Shown here in pieces: positions 20,365 through 28,838 of a DNA stretch of 64,000 nt. Source of the stretch: an uncultured Acidobacteriota bacterium (GTDB taxonomy: Bacteria > Acidobacteriota > Terriglobia > Terriglobales > Acidobacteriaceae). Location of the stretch: assembly GCA_963765015.1 (NCBI GenBank), contig CAVXVD010000073.1, forward strand, positions 1,087 to 65,086. Reading direction: 5' to 3'. The notes beneath the pieces are model-generated. The model did no database searches and was not told the origin of the DNA. It was given only the letters and a program-made list of their open reading frames with translations. The position numbers and the translations under genes were made by a program. Every line of letters begins with the position of its first letter. Within the stretch, counting starts at the first letter, position 1.

Positions 20365-20856
20365 ATGACCGTATTAGCCCGTTTTGAGCCATTTCGTGAG
20401 TTTTCCACCCTGCAGGACCGCATCAATCGCGTGTTCCGCGAGTCCTACAATGGCGCAGGCCAGGATGAGTCTCTGACCACCTCGAGTTTCGCCCCCGCCG
20501 TAGACGTCTACGAAGACGAGCATCAGGTCACATTGAAGATCGAAGTGCCCGGAATCGACGAGAAAGACATCGACGTCCAGGTGGAGAACAACACCCTCAC
20601 CGTTCACGGCGAACGCAAGATCGAGAAGGAAGAGAAGGAAGAGAACTACCGCCGCGTGGAGCGCCAGTACGGCAGCTTCACCCGCACCTTCACTCTGCCC
20701 CAGACCGTAGACACCGAGAAAGTTGCGGCGTCCTACGACAAAGGCGTCCTGAAGATCGCGCTGCCCAAGAAGGCCGAAGCGAAACCGAAGCAGATCAAGG
20801 TCACCGTCGGCAGCGAGAAGACCCTCGAAAGTAAAGGCCCCGGCAAGGCCGCGTAA
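20365..20856 (+). CDS. Hsp20/alpha-crystallin family small heat-shock protein
   Basis: 163 aa with an alpha-crystallin domain (PAVDVYEDEHQVTLKIEVPG..., ASYDKGVLKIALPKK). GGAGG RBS. Confidence 0.93.
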   Translation: MTVLARFEPFREFSTLQDRINRVFRESYNGAGQDESLTTSSFAPAVDVYEDEHQVTLKIEVPGIDEKDIDVQVENNTLTVHGERKIEKEEKEENYRRVERQYGSFTRTFTLPQTVDTEKVAASYDKGVLKIALPKKAEAKPKQIKVTVGSEKTLESKGPGKAA

Positions 20857-20866
20857 TGTTTGTGTA

Positions 20867-21016
20867 GGGGCGGACGCATTCGTCCGCCCCCGCGAAGGCG
20901 AAGCAGTGCGGTACTTGTGGAAGACCGGCGCTTCAGCGCCGCGTCTTGAGGCAAGAACGATGCGGGCCTTAGCCCCTGGAGGCCAGCGGGAGGCGGCAGA
21001 GATGCCCGCCTCCCGC
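20867..21016. repeat. Array of four GC-rich hairpin repeats in the hsp20-clpB spacer
   Basis: GGGGCGGACG-CATT-CGTCCGCCCC (20867-90), CGGCGC-TTCA-GCGCCG (20926-41), GGGC-CTTA-GCCC (20965-76) and GCGGGAGGCGG-N9-CCGCCTCCCGC (20986-21016). The first hairpin is the inverted form of the one at 26148-67 and 34316-37. Confidence 0.7.
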
Positions 21017-21126
21017 TACAATTTTAGACGTGAAATTTCGGGATCGAGTAATTTGAACTCGAAGCCTATCTTCGCCATCAAATTACTCAATTACTAAGTT
21101 TCCCAATTACCAAACCGAGGTTCCCC

Positions 21127-23769
21127 ATGGCAATCCGTTGGGACAAATTTACCGTCAAAGCGCAGGAAGCCGTCCAGCGGGCGAACCAGCTCGCTTCTGA
21201 GCATGGCAATCCCGAGCTGCTGCCCGTCCACCTGCTCGCCGCTCTGCTTGAGGACAAGGAAGGCATCGTTCCGCCCGTGCTGGAAAAAATCGGCATCGGC
21301 CCGCAAGCCGTCTTGAGTGAAGTCTACGCCGAGTTGGACAAGCTTCCGAAGGTCTCTGGAGAATCGGCCCAGGCTACCCTGTCGAATGAGGTCAACAAGC
21401 TTCTGGATCAGGCCTTTAAAGAAGCCGCCAATTTCAAGGACGAGTACGTTTCCACCGAACACCTGCTTCTCGCCGTCACGCACCTGAAGCGCGACCGGGC
21501 GCAACAGATCCTGGCGCAGCAGGGCGCTACTTACGACGCGATCCTGAAAGCCCTGATCGTTGTCCGCGGCTCGCAGAAAGTAACCGACCAGAATCCTGAG
21601 GCCAAGTTTCAGGCTCTCGACAAATATGCACGCGACCTGACCGAGCAGGCGCGTCGCGGCAAGCTCGATCCCGTCATTGGACGCGATGAAGAAGTCCGCC
21701 GCGTCGTCCAGGTTCTTTCCCGCCGCACGAAAAATAATCCCGTGCTCATCGGAGAGCCCGGAGTCGGCAAGACGGCCATCGTTGAAGGTCTCGCGCAGAG
21801 AATTATCTCAGGCGACGTGCCCGAAGCCCTGAAGAACAAACGCGTCGTCTCCCTCGACCTGGGCGCGATGCTTGCTGGAGCAAAATATCGCGGCGAGTTC
21901 GAAGACCGGCTGAAAGCAGTCCTGAAAGAGATCGAAGACTCGCAGGGCCAGATCATCCTGTTCATCGATGAGTTGCACACGCTGGTCGGAGCGGGAGCAG
22001 CGGAAGGCGCAATCGATGCTTCCAACATGCTGAAGCCCGCCCTCGCGCGCGGGGAGCTCCGCGCCATCGGCGCCACCACGCTCAACGAATATCGCAAGCA
22101 CATCGAAAAAGATGCCGCACTCGAACGCCGCTTCCAGATTGTCTACGTCGGCGAGCCCAACGTGGAAGACACGATTGCGATTCTTCGCGGTCTGAAAGAA
22201 AAGTATGAAGTACATCACGGCGTGCGCATTAAAGACTCGGCAATCGTCGCCGCGGCAACCCTTTCGCACCGTTACATCTCTGACCGCTTCCTGCCCGACA
22301 AGGCCATCGATCTGATCGACGAGGCGGCCGCGTCGCTGCGCATCCAGATCGATTCTCTGCCCACGGATATTGATCAATTAGAGCGCAGGGCCACCCAGCT
22401 CGAAATCGAAAAGCAGGCGCTGAAGAAAGAAGACGACGCGAACTCCCGCGAACGTCTGGCCGTCATCGAGAAGGACCTTGCCGAGATTCGCGAGAAGTCC
22501 AATACGCTCAAGGTCAACTGGAAGAAAGAGAAAGATCTCATCGCTCGCGTTCGTGCGCTCAAAGAGCAGATCGAGGGACTGAAAACCGAAGAGCAAGCCG
22601 AGTTGCGCAAAGGAAACAATGAGCGGGTCGCGGAGATTCGGTATGGGCGAATTCCGCAAGCTGAACAAGAACTCTCGAAACTAAGCCGGCAAATGGAGAG
22701 CCAAGGCGGCAAGCGCATGCTGAAAGAGGAAGTCGACGAAGAGGACGTTGCCGGCATCGTCTCGAAGTGGACCGGGATTCCGGTTTCTAAGATGCTCGAA
22801 GGTGAAGTGAAGAAGCTGGTGACGATGGAAGAACGGTTGCGCCAGCGGGTAATTGGCCAGGATGCCGCTCTGGAGCGCGTGGCCAATGCCATCCGCCGTT
22901 CTCGCGCCGGCTTAAGTGATCCAAAGCGACCCATCGGTTCCTTTATCTTTCTAGGTCCGACGGGCGTAGGCAAAACCGAGCTTGCCCGGGCGCTTGCCGA
23001 ATTCCTGTTTGACGACGAGCACGCCATGCTTCGCATCGACATGTCGGAATACATGGAGAAGCACTCGGTCGCGCGACTGATCGGCGCTCCTCCAGGGTAC
23101 GTCGGCTACGAGGAAGGCGGGCAGCTCACCGAGCAGGTGCGCCGTCGTCCGTATGCAGTTGTGCTGTTTGACGAGATCGAGAAGGCGCATCCCGACGTTT
23201 TCAACGTGCTTCTGCAGATGATGGACGACGGTCGCCTGACCGACGGCAAAGGCCGGATGGTCGATTTCAAGAACACGATCATTATCATGACCTCAAACAT
23301 CGGATCAAGCTACTTGCAGTCGGACCATGTTCGTACGCCTGAGGAATTCGAGAAAGCCAGCGAGCAGGTGTTAAACCTGTTGCACACGCACTTTAAGCCC
23401 GAGTTTCTGAATCGAGTGGACGACATCATCGTTTTCCACCCGCTTGGCAAGGAGCAATTGGTCAAGATCGTCGACCTGCGTCTCGAAGACGTTCGGCGCC
23501 TGTTGGCCGATCGCAAGATCTCGCTGGAACTCACGGACGCGGCCAAGGAACTCATGTTCACGCAAGGCTACGATCCAAATTTCGGCGCGCGGCCGCTCAA
23601 GCGCGCGATCCAGAAGTTGATCCAGGATCCTCTTGCGCTGAAGATTCTCGATGGCGAAGTGCTCCACGGCGATCACGTTGTCGTGGATGCTGACAAGAAA
23701 GCCGGCAAGATGAAGTTCGAGGTCAGCAAGCGCGTAGGCGAGAAAGAGCCGGCGAAGGCGAAACGGTAA
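21127..23769 (+). CDS. clpB: ATP-dependent chaperone ClpB
   Basis: 880 aa with a Clp N-domain, two AAA+ modules ([16 protein letters not shown]) and a long coiled-coil middle domain. Confidence 0.97.
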   Translation: MAIRWDKFTVKAQEAVQRANQLASEHGNPELLPVHLLAALLEDKEGIVPPVLEKIGIGPQAVLSEVYAELDKLPKVSGESAQATLSNEVNKLLDQAFKEAANFKDEYVSTEHLLLAVTHLKRDRAQQILAQQGATYDAILKALIVVRGSQKVTDQNPEAKFQALDKYARDLTEQARRGKLDPVIGRDEEVRRVVQVLSRRTKNNPVLIGEPGVGKTAIVEGLAQRIISGDVPEALKNKRVVSLDLGAMLAGAKYRGEFEDRLKAVLKEIEDSQGQIILFIDELHTLVGAGAAEGAIDASNMLKPALARGELRAIGATTLNEYRKHIEKDAALERRFQIVYVGEPNVEDTIAILRGLKEKYEVHHGVRIKDSAIVAAATLSHRYISDRFLPDKAIDLIDEAAASLRIQIDSLPTDIDQLERRATQLEIEKQALKKEDDANSRERLAVIEKDLAEIREKSNTLKVNWKKEKDLIARVRALKEQIEGLKTEEQAELRKGNNERVAEIRYGRIPQAEQELSKLSRQMESQGGKRMLKEEVDEEDVAGIVSKWTGIPVSKMLEGEVKKLVTMEERLRQRVIGQDAALERVANAIRRSRAGLSDPKRPIGSFIFLGPTGVGKTELARALAEFLFDDEHAMLRIDMSEYMEKHSVARLIGAPPGYVGYEEGGQLTEQVRRRPYAVVLFDEIEKAHPDVFNVLLQMMDDGRLTDGKGRMVDFKNTIIIMTSNIGSSYLQSDHVRTPEEFEKASEQVLNLLHTHFKPEFLNRVDDIIVFHPLGKEQLVKIVDLRLEDVRRLLADRKISLELTDAAKELMFTQGYDPNFGARPLKRAIQKLIQDPLALKILDGEVLHGDHVVVDADKKAGKMKFEVSKRVGEKEPAKAKR

Positions 23770-23780
23770 AGCAAAAACGC

Positions 23781-23850
23781 CACGGATCTTCACGGATTCG
23801 CACGGATAAACCCAGAAGGTGATCCGTTCGAATCCTCGGAGATCCGTAGC
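23781..23850. repeat. CACGGAT decamer-phased array forming an imperfect 70-nt palindrome
   Basis: CACGGAT at 23781, 23791 and 23801 (10-nt period), then inverted ATCCGT-type units at 23822, 23832 and 23842. It lies directly after the clpB stop. Confidence 0.75.
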
Positions 23851-24257
23851 TAAGATCTTGCAGCGAAGGCGTCGATCACGCTGGGCGCTTGCGCTAGATA
23901 CCATCCGACTGCAACGCGCAGAGCGATCTGAAATCCGTACCAGAACACGGGAACGCCTAATTCTGCCATCGAAATCCTGGGAACCAGCGCTGCGACGGCA
24001 ATCACCATGATCAGGATCGCTGACCAACGCGCCCAATTGTGCACGCGGAATAATCCGAAGCCAATTAGTGCATAACCCGTTCCGACGAGAAGCGCCATGT
24101 ACGGTCCGGCTAGTTCCAGGGAATACATCAGTTGCGATCCTGCCATCAGCGAGATCGCTTCGGGTGCAAACAGCTTCACCACGCTGATCGTCCACAAATA
24201 GATCGCGGCCAGAAAGAAGAGGAGTGCGATCATCGTGACGCCTGTTGGCCGCTGCAT
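23850..24257 (-). CDS. Small integral membrane protein (about 4 TM helices), hypothetical
   Basis: 135 aa, strongly hydrophobic segments, no family recognised. Bracketed by two CACGGAT arrays. Confidence 0.6.
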   Translation of the reverse strand: MQRPTGVTMIALLFFLAAIYLWTISVVKLFAPEAISLMAGSQLMYSLELAGPYMALLVGTGYALIGFGLFRVHNWARWSAILIMVIAVAALVPRISMAELGVPVFWYGFQIALRVAVGWYLAQAPSVIDAFAARS

Positions 24258-24280
24258 GCGATGAGACTAGCAAAAATCCA

Positions 24281-24345
24281 GCCACGGATCTCGCGGATAT
24301 CCACGGACAGACCCCTTCAGGAATAATCCGCGCGAATCCGTGGCC
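24281..24345. repeat. Second CACGGAT-type array (same orientation as 23781..23850)
   Basis: CACGGAT 24283, CGCGGAT 24292 and CACGGAC 24302, then ATCCGCG 24326 and ATCCGTG 24336. Confidence 0.7.
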
Positions 24346-24356
24346 AGGACGTTCAC

Positions 24357-24632
24357 TCAGGCGAGGTCGAACAGCAGGACTTCAGCGTCCTGAGCACCCC
24401 TAATGCTGAGTTGCTTCTCATCGCTGATGGCAGCGCCATCGCCTTGGCTCAGTATCTTGCCATTCAATTCGACGGCGCCGCGGGCGACTTGCAGCCAGCC
24501 GTTACGGCCCGCTCCGAACTCATGCGCGACTTCTTCTCCCGGCTTGAGCAGCGTGACGTAGAGCCGCCACGCTCGGCGCTTGGACGAACCGTAATCATCA
24601 CGTGCTCGGTTCTTTGGTCGGGAATCAACCAA
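24357..24632 (-). pseudogene. Pirin-family (YhhW-like) C-terminal cupin fragment
   Basis: Only about 70 residues resembling the end of pirin-like proteins (LYVTLLKPGEEVAHEF..GRNGWLQVARGAVELNG..LSQGDGAAISDE..L.I......EVLLFDL). There is no room for the roughly 150-aa N-terminal part before the next gene. Confidence 0.55.
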
Positions 24633-24814
24633 TATCTATTCGATGAACTGAGGATTCAGGTCGGTCCGAGACGGCGGAAGGGCAGTTTTCGCCTTGAGAA
24701 CCCGGACCGTTTCTTAAAATCAGCGGTTTAGCGGGCAAGGAACGCCCATCGCGACTCGGGGCGCAATGAAATCATCGAGTTAGCGCAACCAAGATGTCGG
24801 TTGGCGAATGATAG

Positions 24815-25729
24815 ATGTGGCAAACTGGACGTATGCACTGGCTGACCCTTGGCGACTTTGAACTCAGCGTTTTTTCGGATGGTACCTACCCACTCGATGG
24901 CGGCGCGTTCTTCGGCGTCGTGCCGAAAGTGATGTGGTCGCGCAAGGTCGGGTCCGACGAAAAAAACTATGTCATGGCCGGGCTCAACTCGCTGGTTATC
25001 CGGACGGGCCAACAGACGGTCCTGGTTGAGACGGGGATAGGGAACAAGCTTTCGGAGCGGATGGTCAAGTTCTACGGGCAGCCGTCGAAGTTATTGGACA
25101 ATCTTTCGGCTGGAGGAATTGCGCCCGAAGATATCGATATCGTGATCAACTCCCATCTGCACTTCGACCATTGCGGATGGAATACCGTGCGCGACAAGAA
25201 CGGGAAGATCGTGCCGACGTTTCCCCGCGCTAAATATTATGCTCCGGAGGGGGAGTGGCAGTACGCGAGGCATCCGAGCGAGCGGGATTCCATCAGCTTT
25301 ATCCCAGAGAACTATGATCCGCTAGTGGACAGCGGGCAGATGACGCTGCTGAAGGGCGGCGAAGAGATTGTGCCGGGGATTTCGGTGGAGACGTTTCCGG
25401 GGCATACGGCGCACATGCTGGCGGTGGTTGTGCGGGGAAGTCAAAATCCCCAGTTCTCCCAACAGCGGGGAGAAGTGGGGCACCCGCCGGCTTCTTCGGT
25501 TCCGACGGCTTGCTATATCTCCGATCTGATTCCGACTGCCGCGCACATTGACCTGACCTGGGGAATGGGGTTCGATCTGTATCCGTTACAGACGATCGAA
25601 AGCAAGAAGCGGTATTATGCACGGGCGATTTCGGGGAAGTGGCTTACAGTCTTCACGCACGATCCCAAGGTGCCATGGGCGTATGTGGAGAGAGATGGGT
25701 TGGGAAAGATGGTGGCTCGCGAGGTCTAG
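24815..25729 (+). CDS. MBL-fold metallo-hydrolase
   Basis: HxHxDH motif (NSHLHFDHCGWN), later GHTAHM and DLIPTAAH. Contains an extra roughly 20-codon palindromic module at about 25439-25507. ATG 24833 is an alternative start. Confidence 0.85.
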   Translation: MWQTGRMHWLTLGDFELSVFSDGTYPLDGGAFFGVVPKVMWSRKVGSDEKNYVMAGLNSLVIRTGQQTVLVETGIGNKLSERMVKFYGQPSKLLDNLSAGGIAPEDIDIVINSHLHFDHCGWNTVRDKNGKIVPTFPRAKYYAPEGEWQYARHPSERDSISFIPENYDPLVDSGQMTLLKGGEEIVPGISVETFPGHTAHMLAVVVRGSQNPQFSQQRGEVGHPPASSVPTACYISDLIPTAAHIDLTWGMGFDLYPLQTIESKKRYYARAISGKWLTVFTHDPKVPWAYVERDGLGKMVAREV

Positions 25730-25776
25730 GGCGGCGGATCAAAGATTCGGGTTGATCATCGCGGCACCCGTTTCCG

Positions 25777-26940
25777 CTACGCTCGCGTATCCGAAGCAAT
25801 CGCCGTGCCACATAAGCGGGGCTCGAAGAAGCCCTCCACTCGAGTGAGGATGTCGGGTGCGCTTTTGGACTCGTAAATCTCTTTGCGCAAGTGGGCGCCT
25901 CCGGGAACTCCGTGGGTGAACCATGAGGCGAACTGCTTCATTTTGCCGACAGCGTCGGGGAGTTCTTCTTCGATCAGCATCTGGAAGTAGGTGCGGATCA
26001 TCTGATAGCGGTCGGCTTCGGAAGGGTGGTCGTAGAGCGAAGCTGATGCGGAGACAGCCATCCTGGCCTGTTCCTCGGGCCGAATGCCCGATTCCTGTTC
26101 GGCGAGCTGACTCTCGAAGTCAAACACAGTCGAGCTTTGCTCGACACGGCGGACGAATGCGTCCGCCCCTCCTCGAGCATCGATGGTGTTCCCATCGCGT
26201 ACCTGTGCGCAGTACTGTTCGATCTGGCGGAAGATCCACGGATTCGATGGCGCCATGCGCCCGATCATCACTGCATCACAGCCGGTCTGGGTGACCATGG
26301 CGCAGGCGTTTTCTGGAGTACGGATATCGCCGTTGCCGATCACGGGAATCTTGACGGCATCTTTCACAGCGGCAATCCACTCCCAGCGAGCGTTGCCGCT
26401 GTAGCCCATTTCGCGGGTGCGAGCATGGAGCGCGACCGCTGCAAGGCCGCAGGATTCTGCCAGGCGCGCCAGTTCGACACAGACGATTTCTTCATCATTC
26501 CATCCGGCGCGAAATTTTACCGTGAAGGGAATCTTCACGGCGGCGCGCACCGATTCGAAAATCTTGCCGATCGCGGGAAGATCTCGGAGGAGGCCTGAGC
26601 CTCCGTTGCACTTAACGACCTTCTTGGCGGGGCATCCTAGATTCAGGTCGACCAGATCGAAGCCCAGGCCTTCGACCATGCGCGCGGCCTCGGCCATGAC
26701 GCTGGGATCGCTGCCGAAAAGCTGGGCCGAGATGGGGTGCTCATCTTCGTAGAAATGCAGATAGCGCTTGGCCTTCTGATCTTTCTTACGAAGGACGCCG
26801 TCAGCCGAGGTGAACTCAGTCATGATGAGACCGCATCCGCCGAGGTTACGGATGAAACGGCGGAAGACGGTGTCGGTGACGCCAGCCATGGGAGCGAGCA
26901 CAGTGGCGGGGCATATGGTAACGCTGCCGATCTGCAGCAT
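25777..26940 (-). CDS. dus: tRNA-dihydrouridine synthase (DusB-like) carrying an in-frame repeat insertion
   Basis: VLAPMAGVTDTVFR, VDLNLGCPAKKV and PWIFRQIEQY motifs. Start at MLQIGSV (ATG 26940). About 50 extra codons lie between the catalytic barrel and the C-terminal helical domain. Confidence 0.88.
   Translation of the reverse strand: MLQIGSVTICPATVLAPMAGVTDTVFRRFIRNLGGCGLIMTEFTSADGVLRKKDQKAKRYLHFYEDEHPISAQLFGSDPSVMAEAARMVEGLGFDLVDLNLGCPAKKVVKCNGGSGLLRDLPAIGKIFESVRAAVKIPFTVKFRAGWNDEEIVCVELARLAESCGLAAVALHARTREMGYSGNARWEWIAAVKDAVKIPVIGNGDIRTPENACAMVTQTGCDAVMIGRMAPSNPWIFRQIEQYCAQVRDGNTIDARGGADAFVRRVEQSSTVFDFESQLAEQESGIRPEEQARMAVSASASLYDHPSEADRYQMIRTYFQMLIEEELPDAVGKMKQFASWFTHGVPGGAHLRKEIYESKSAPDILTRVEGFFEPRLCGTAIASDTRA
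26103..26185. repeat. Multi-hairpin palindromic element inside the dus coding sequence
   Basis: GTCGAGC-TTT-GCTCGAC (26129-45) plus GGCGGACG-AATG-CGTCCGCC (26148-67). Positions 26120..26185 align to 34289..34352 with 57 of 66 columns identical (hand count). Confidence 0.75.
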
Positions 26941-27090
26941 ATTGGGGACTGGGCGCAGTAGATCTGGCCCGCGGGCGGTTGTGCCTGCGCTTTTCCCATT
27001 CGAGGTGTCCCAGAATTTGCGCATGGTTGAGAAAAACCTTCACCACCGAGGGCACACAGAGGAATCGTGTGCCCATTCTAAGCGACATTC

Positions 27091-27120
27091 CAAAACAAAG
27101 CCCCCGCTTTTTGCGAGGGC
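27091..27120 (-). terminator. Rho-independent terminator after rpmE
   Basis: On the minus strand: GCCCTCGC-AAAAA-GCGGGGGC followed by TTTGTTTTG. Confidence 0.6.
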
Positions 27121-27154
27121 TTAATTTCGGAATCCGCGACATCCGCGGGAAAAG

Positions 27155-27373
27155 TTACTTCTTCGTGGGCTCGGCTTTCGCGTACTTACGGCGGAAGCGC
27201 TCCACGCGGCCAGCGGTGTCCATGAGCTTCTGCTTACCGGTGAAAAACGGATGGCAATTGGAGCAAATTTCGACGCCGATGTCGCCCTTGTGGGTCGAGC
27301 GCGTCATAAAAGTATTGCCGCAGGCGCAATGCACGCGGACTTCGTTGTATGCGGGATGAATAGCTGCTTTCAT
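27155..27373 (-). CDS. rpmE: 50S ribosomal protein L31 (Zn-ribbon type)
   Basis: 72 aa, MKAAIHPAY...VHCACGN...[13 protein letters not shown]. Confidence 0.95.
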   Translation of the reverse strand: MKAAIHPAYNEVRVHCACGNTFMTRSTHKGDIGVEICSNCHPFFTGKQKLMDTAGRVERFRRKYAKAEPTKK

Positions 27374-27403
27374 GTGTGTTCCAACCTCGATTCGAATCTT
27401 TAG

Positions 27404-27433
27404 ATTCTACCGGATTCCCACAGGATTCGGCAA
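27404..27433 (-). promoter_or_regulatory. Candidate sigma70-type promoter of rpmE
   Basis: Minus strand TTGCCG (27433-27428), 18-nt spacer, TAGAAT (27409-27404), about 30 nt upstream of ATG 27373. Confidence 0.5.
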
Positions 27434-27525
27434 ACCGGGTGCATCCGAATCCGATCTCCGATATTGACCTTAACCCCTTTAGATTGTGCGCTTGCTGGTG
27501 TCCGACACCTAAGGCTCGTGGAAGG

Positions 27526-28623
27526 TCAGAAGAGGGAACTCTGCCGGCGCGTGGGCGTGATTCCGAAGTGATCATAGGCTAACTGCGTTGCCACACGGCC
27601 GCGTGGGGTTCGGTTGAGAAAGCCGATCTGCATCAGAAATGGCTCGTAGATCTCTTCGATCGCGTCCGGTTCCTCGGCAAGGACGGCGGCTAGCGTGTTC
27701 ACGCCGACGGGTCCGCCCTGATATTTTTCGATGATCGTCAGAAGCAATCGGCGGTCGACCTCATCGAATCCGTATTGATCGACTTCCAGCATCTGTAGGG
27801 CGGCCTTGGCAGTGGGCTCATCGATCTTACCCGCACTGCGCACCTGCGCATAGTCGCGGACCCGGCGCAGCAGACGATTGGCAATTCTGGGTGTGCCGCG
27901 AGAACGGTTGGCGATCTCTTTCGCGCCCGCGTCGTCGACTTCCACGCCAAGGATTTCTGCGGAGCGCTCGACGATCACCTGCAGGTCTTCCGGGGTATAG
28001 AACTCAAGGCGAAGCACGATGCCGAAACGTGAACGGAGTGGCGCTGAGATTAGTCCCGCTCGCGTGGTCGCGCCAACGAACGTGAACGGGCTGACTTCAA
28101 GCGTGTGCGTCCGAGCGGAAGGACCTTGCCCGATGATGATGTCGAGTTTGTAGTCTTCGAGGGCCGAGTAAAGCAATTCTTCGAGGACAGGTTGCAGGCG
28201 GTGGATCTCGTCGATGAAAAGGACTTGCTTGTCCTGGAGGTTAGTGATGATCGCGGTGAGGTCGCCCTTGATCTGGAGGAGCGGAGCGGCAGTGGGCTGA
28301 AAGTGGACGCCAAGTTCGTTGGCAATGATGTTGGCAAGCGTGGTTTTGCCCAGTCCCGGAGGCCCGTAGAGGAGCACATGGTCCATGGCTTCCCCGCGGG
28401 AGCGAGCGGCTTCAATCGCCACGGCTAGGTTGTCTTTCACTTTTTTTTGACCGATGAACTCGGCCAGCTTCTGCGGTCGAAGCTTGAGCTCAAACGAGGA
28501 ATCGTCTTCGACCGGAGCCGCAGAAACCAGGCGCTCGCGGTTGGGGTTGAGGTTGAGATTGTTTTCGGCAGCAGACACTGCTTCGGATGGTAGAACGAAA
28601 TGCGAAAGTGCGCAATCGCTCAA
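27526..28623 (-). CDS. ruvB: Holliday junction branch migration helicase RuvB
   Basis: [14 protein letters not shown] (Walker A), LFIDEIHRL (Walker B), C-terminal winged helix. No ruvA adjacent. Confidence 0.96.
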   Translation of the reverse strand: MSDCALSHFVLPSEAVSAAENNLNLNPNRERLVSAAPVEDDSSFELKLRPQKLAEFIGQKKVKDNLAVAIEAARSRGEAMDHVLLYGPPGLGKTTLANIIANELGVHFQPTAAPLLQIKGDLTAIITNLQDKQVLFIDEIHRLQPVLEELLYSALEDYKLDIIIGQGPSARTHTLEVSPFTFVGATTRAGLISAPLRSRFGIVLRLEFYTPEDLQVIVERSAEILGVEVDDAGAKEIANRSRGTPRIANRLLRRVRDYAQVRSAGKIDEPTAKAALQMLEVDQYGFDEVDRRLLLTIIEKYQGGPVGVNTLAAVLAEEPDAIEEIYEPFLMQIGFLNRTPRGRVATQLAYDHFGITPTRRQSSLF

Positions 28624-28838
28624 GAGCCCCGACCGGAGCCTGAAATTTCCTGCACAGTTTCAAGCTGTTTCTGGAATTCACGAAATTTTCACTCCCTCGT
28701 TACCGGGGTGTAACAAATTCCGGCTAGGGTCGCAGATGGATTCGGCTGGATTTCAGCGTCTCGGTGGGCAGTAGAAGGCCTTGAGCCAGACCTCCAAGCC
28801 AAACAAATTCGGCATTCTGGGGAAATCAGGAGACAAAT

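Noticed and set aside
23781-23810. Tandem CACGGAT units considered as a possible CRISPR or other spaced-repeat array.
   Set aside because: The period is only 10 nt with 3-nt gaps and at most three units. There are no spacers and no cas genes.
23822-23840. GATCCGTTCGAATCC, which resembles a tRNA T-arm (GGTTCGAATCC).
   Set aside because: No acceptor, D or anticodon arms can be built around it. It is part of the CACGGAT/ATCCGT palindrome. I found no tRNA elsewhere by eye, though a tRNAscan run would be the proper check.
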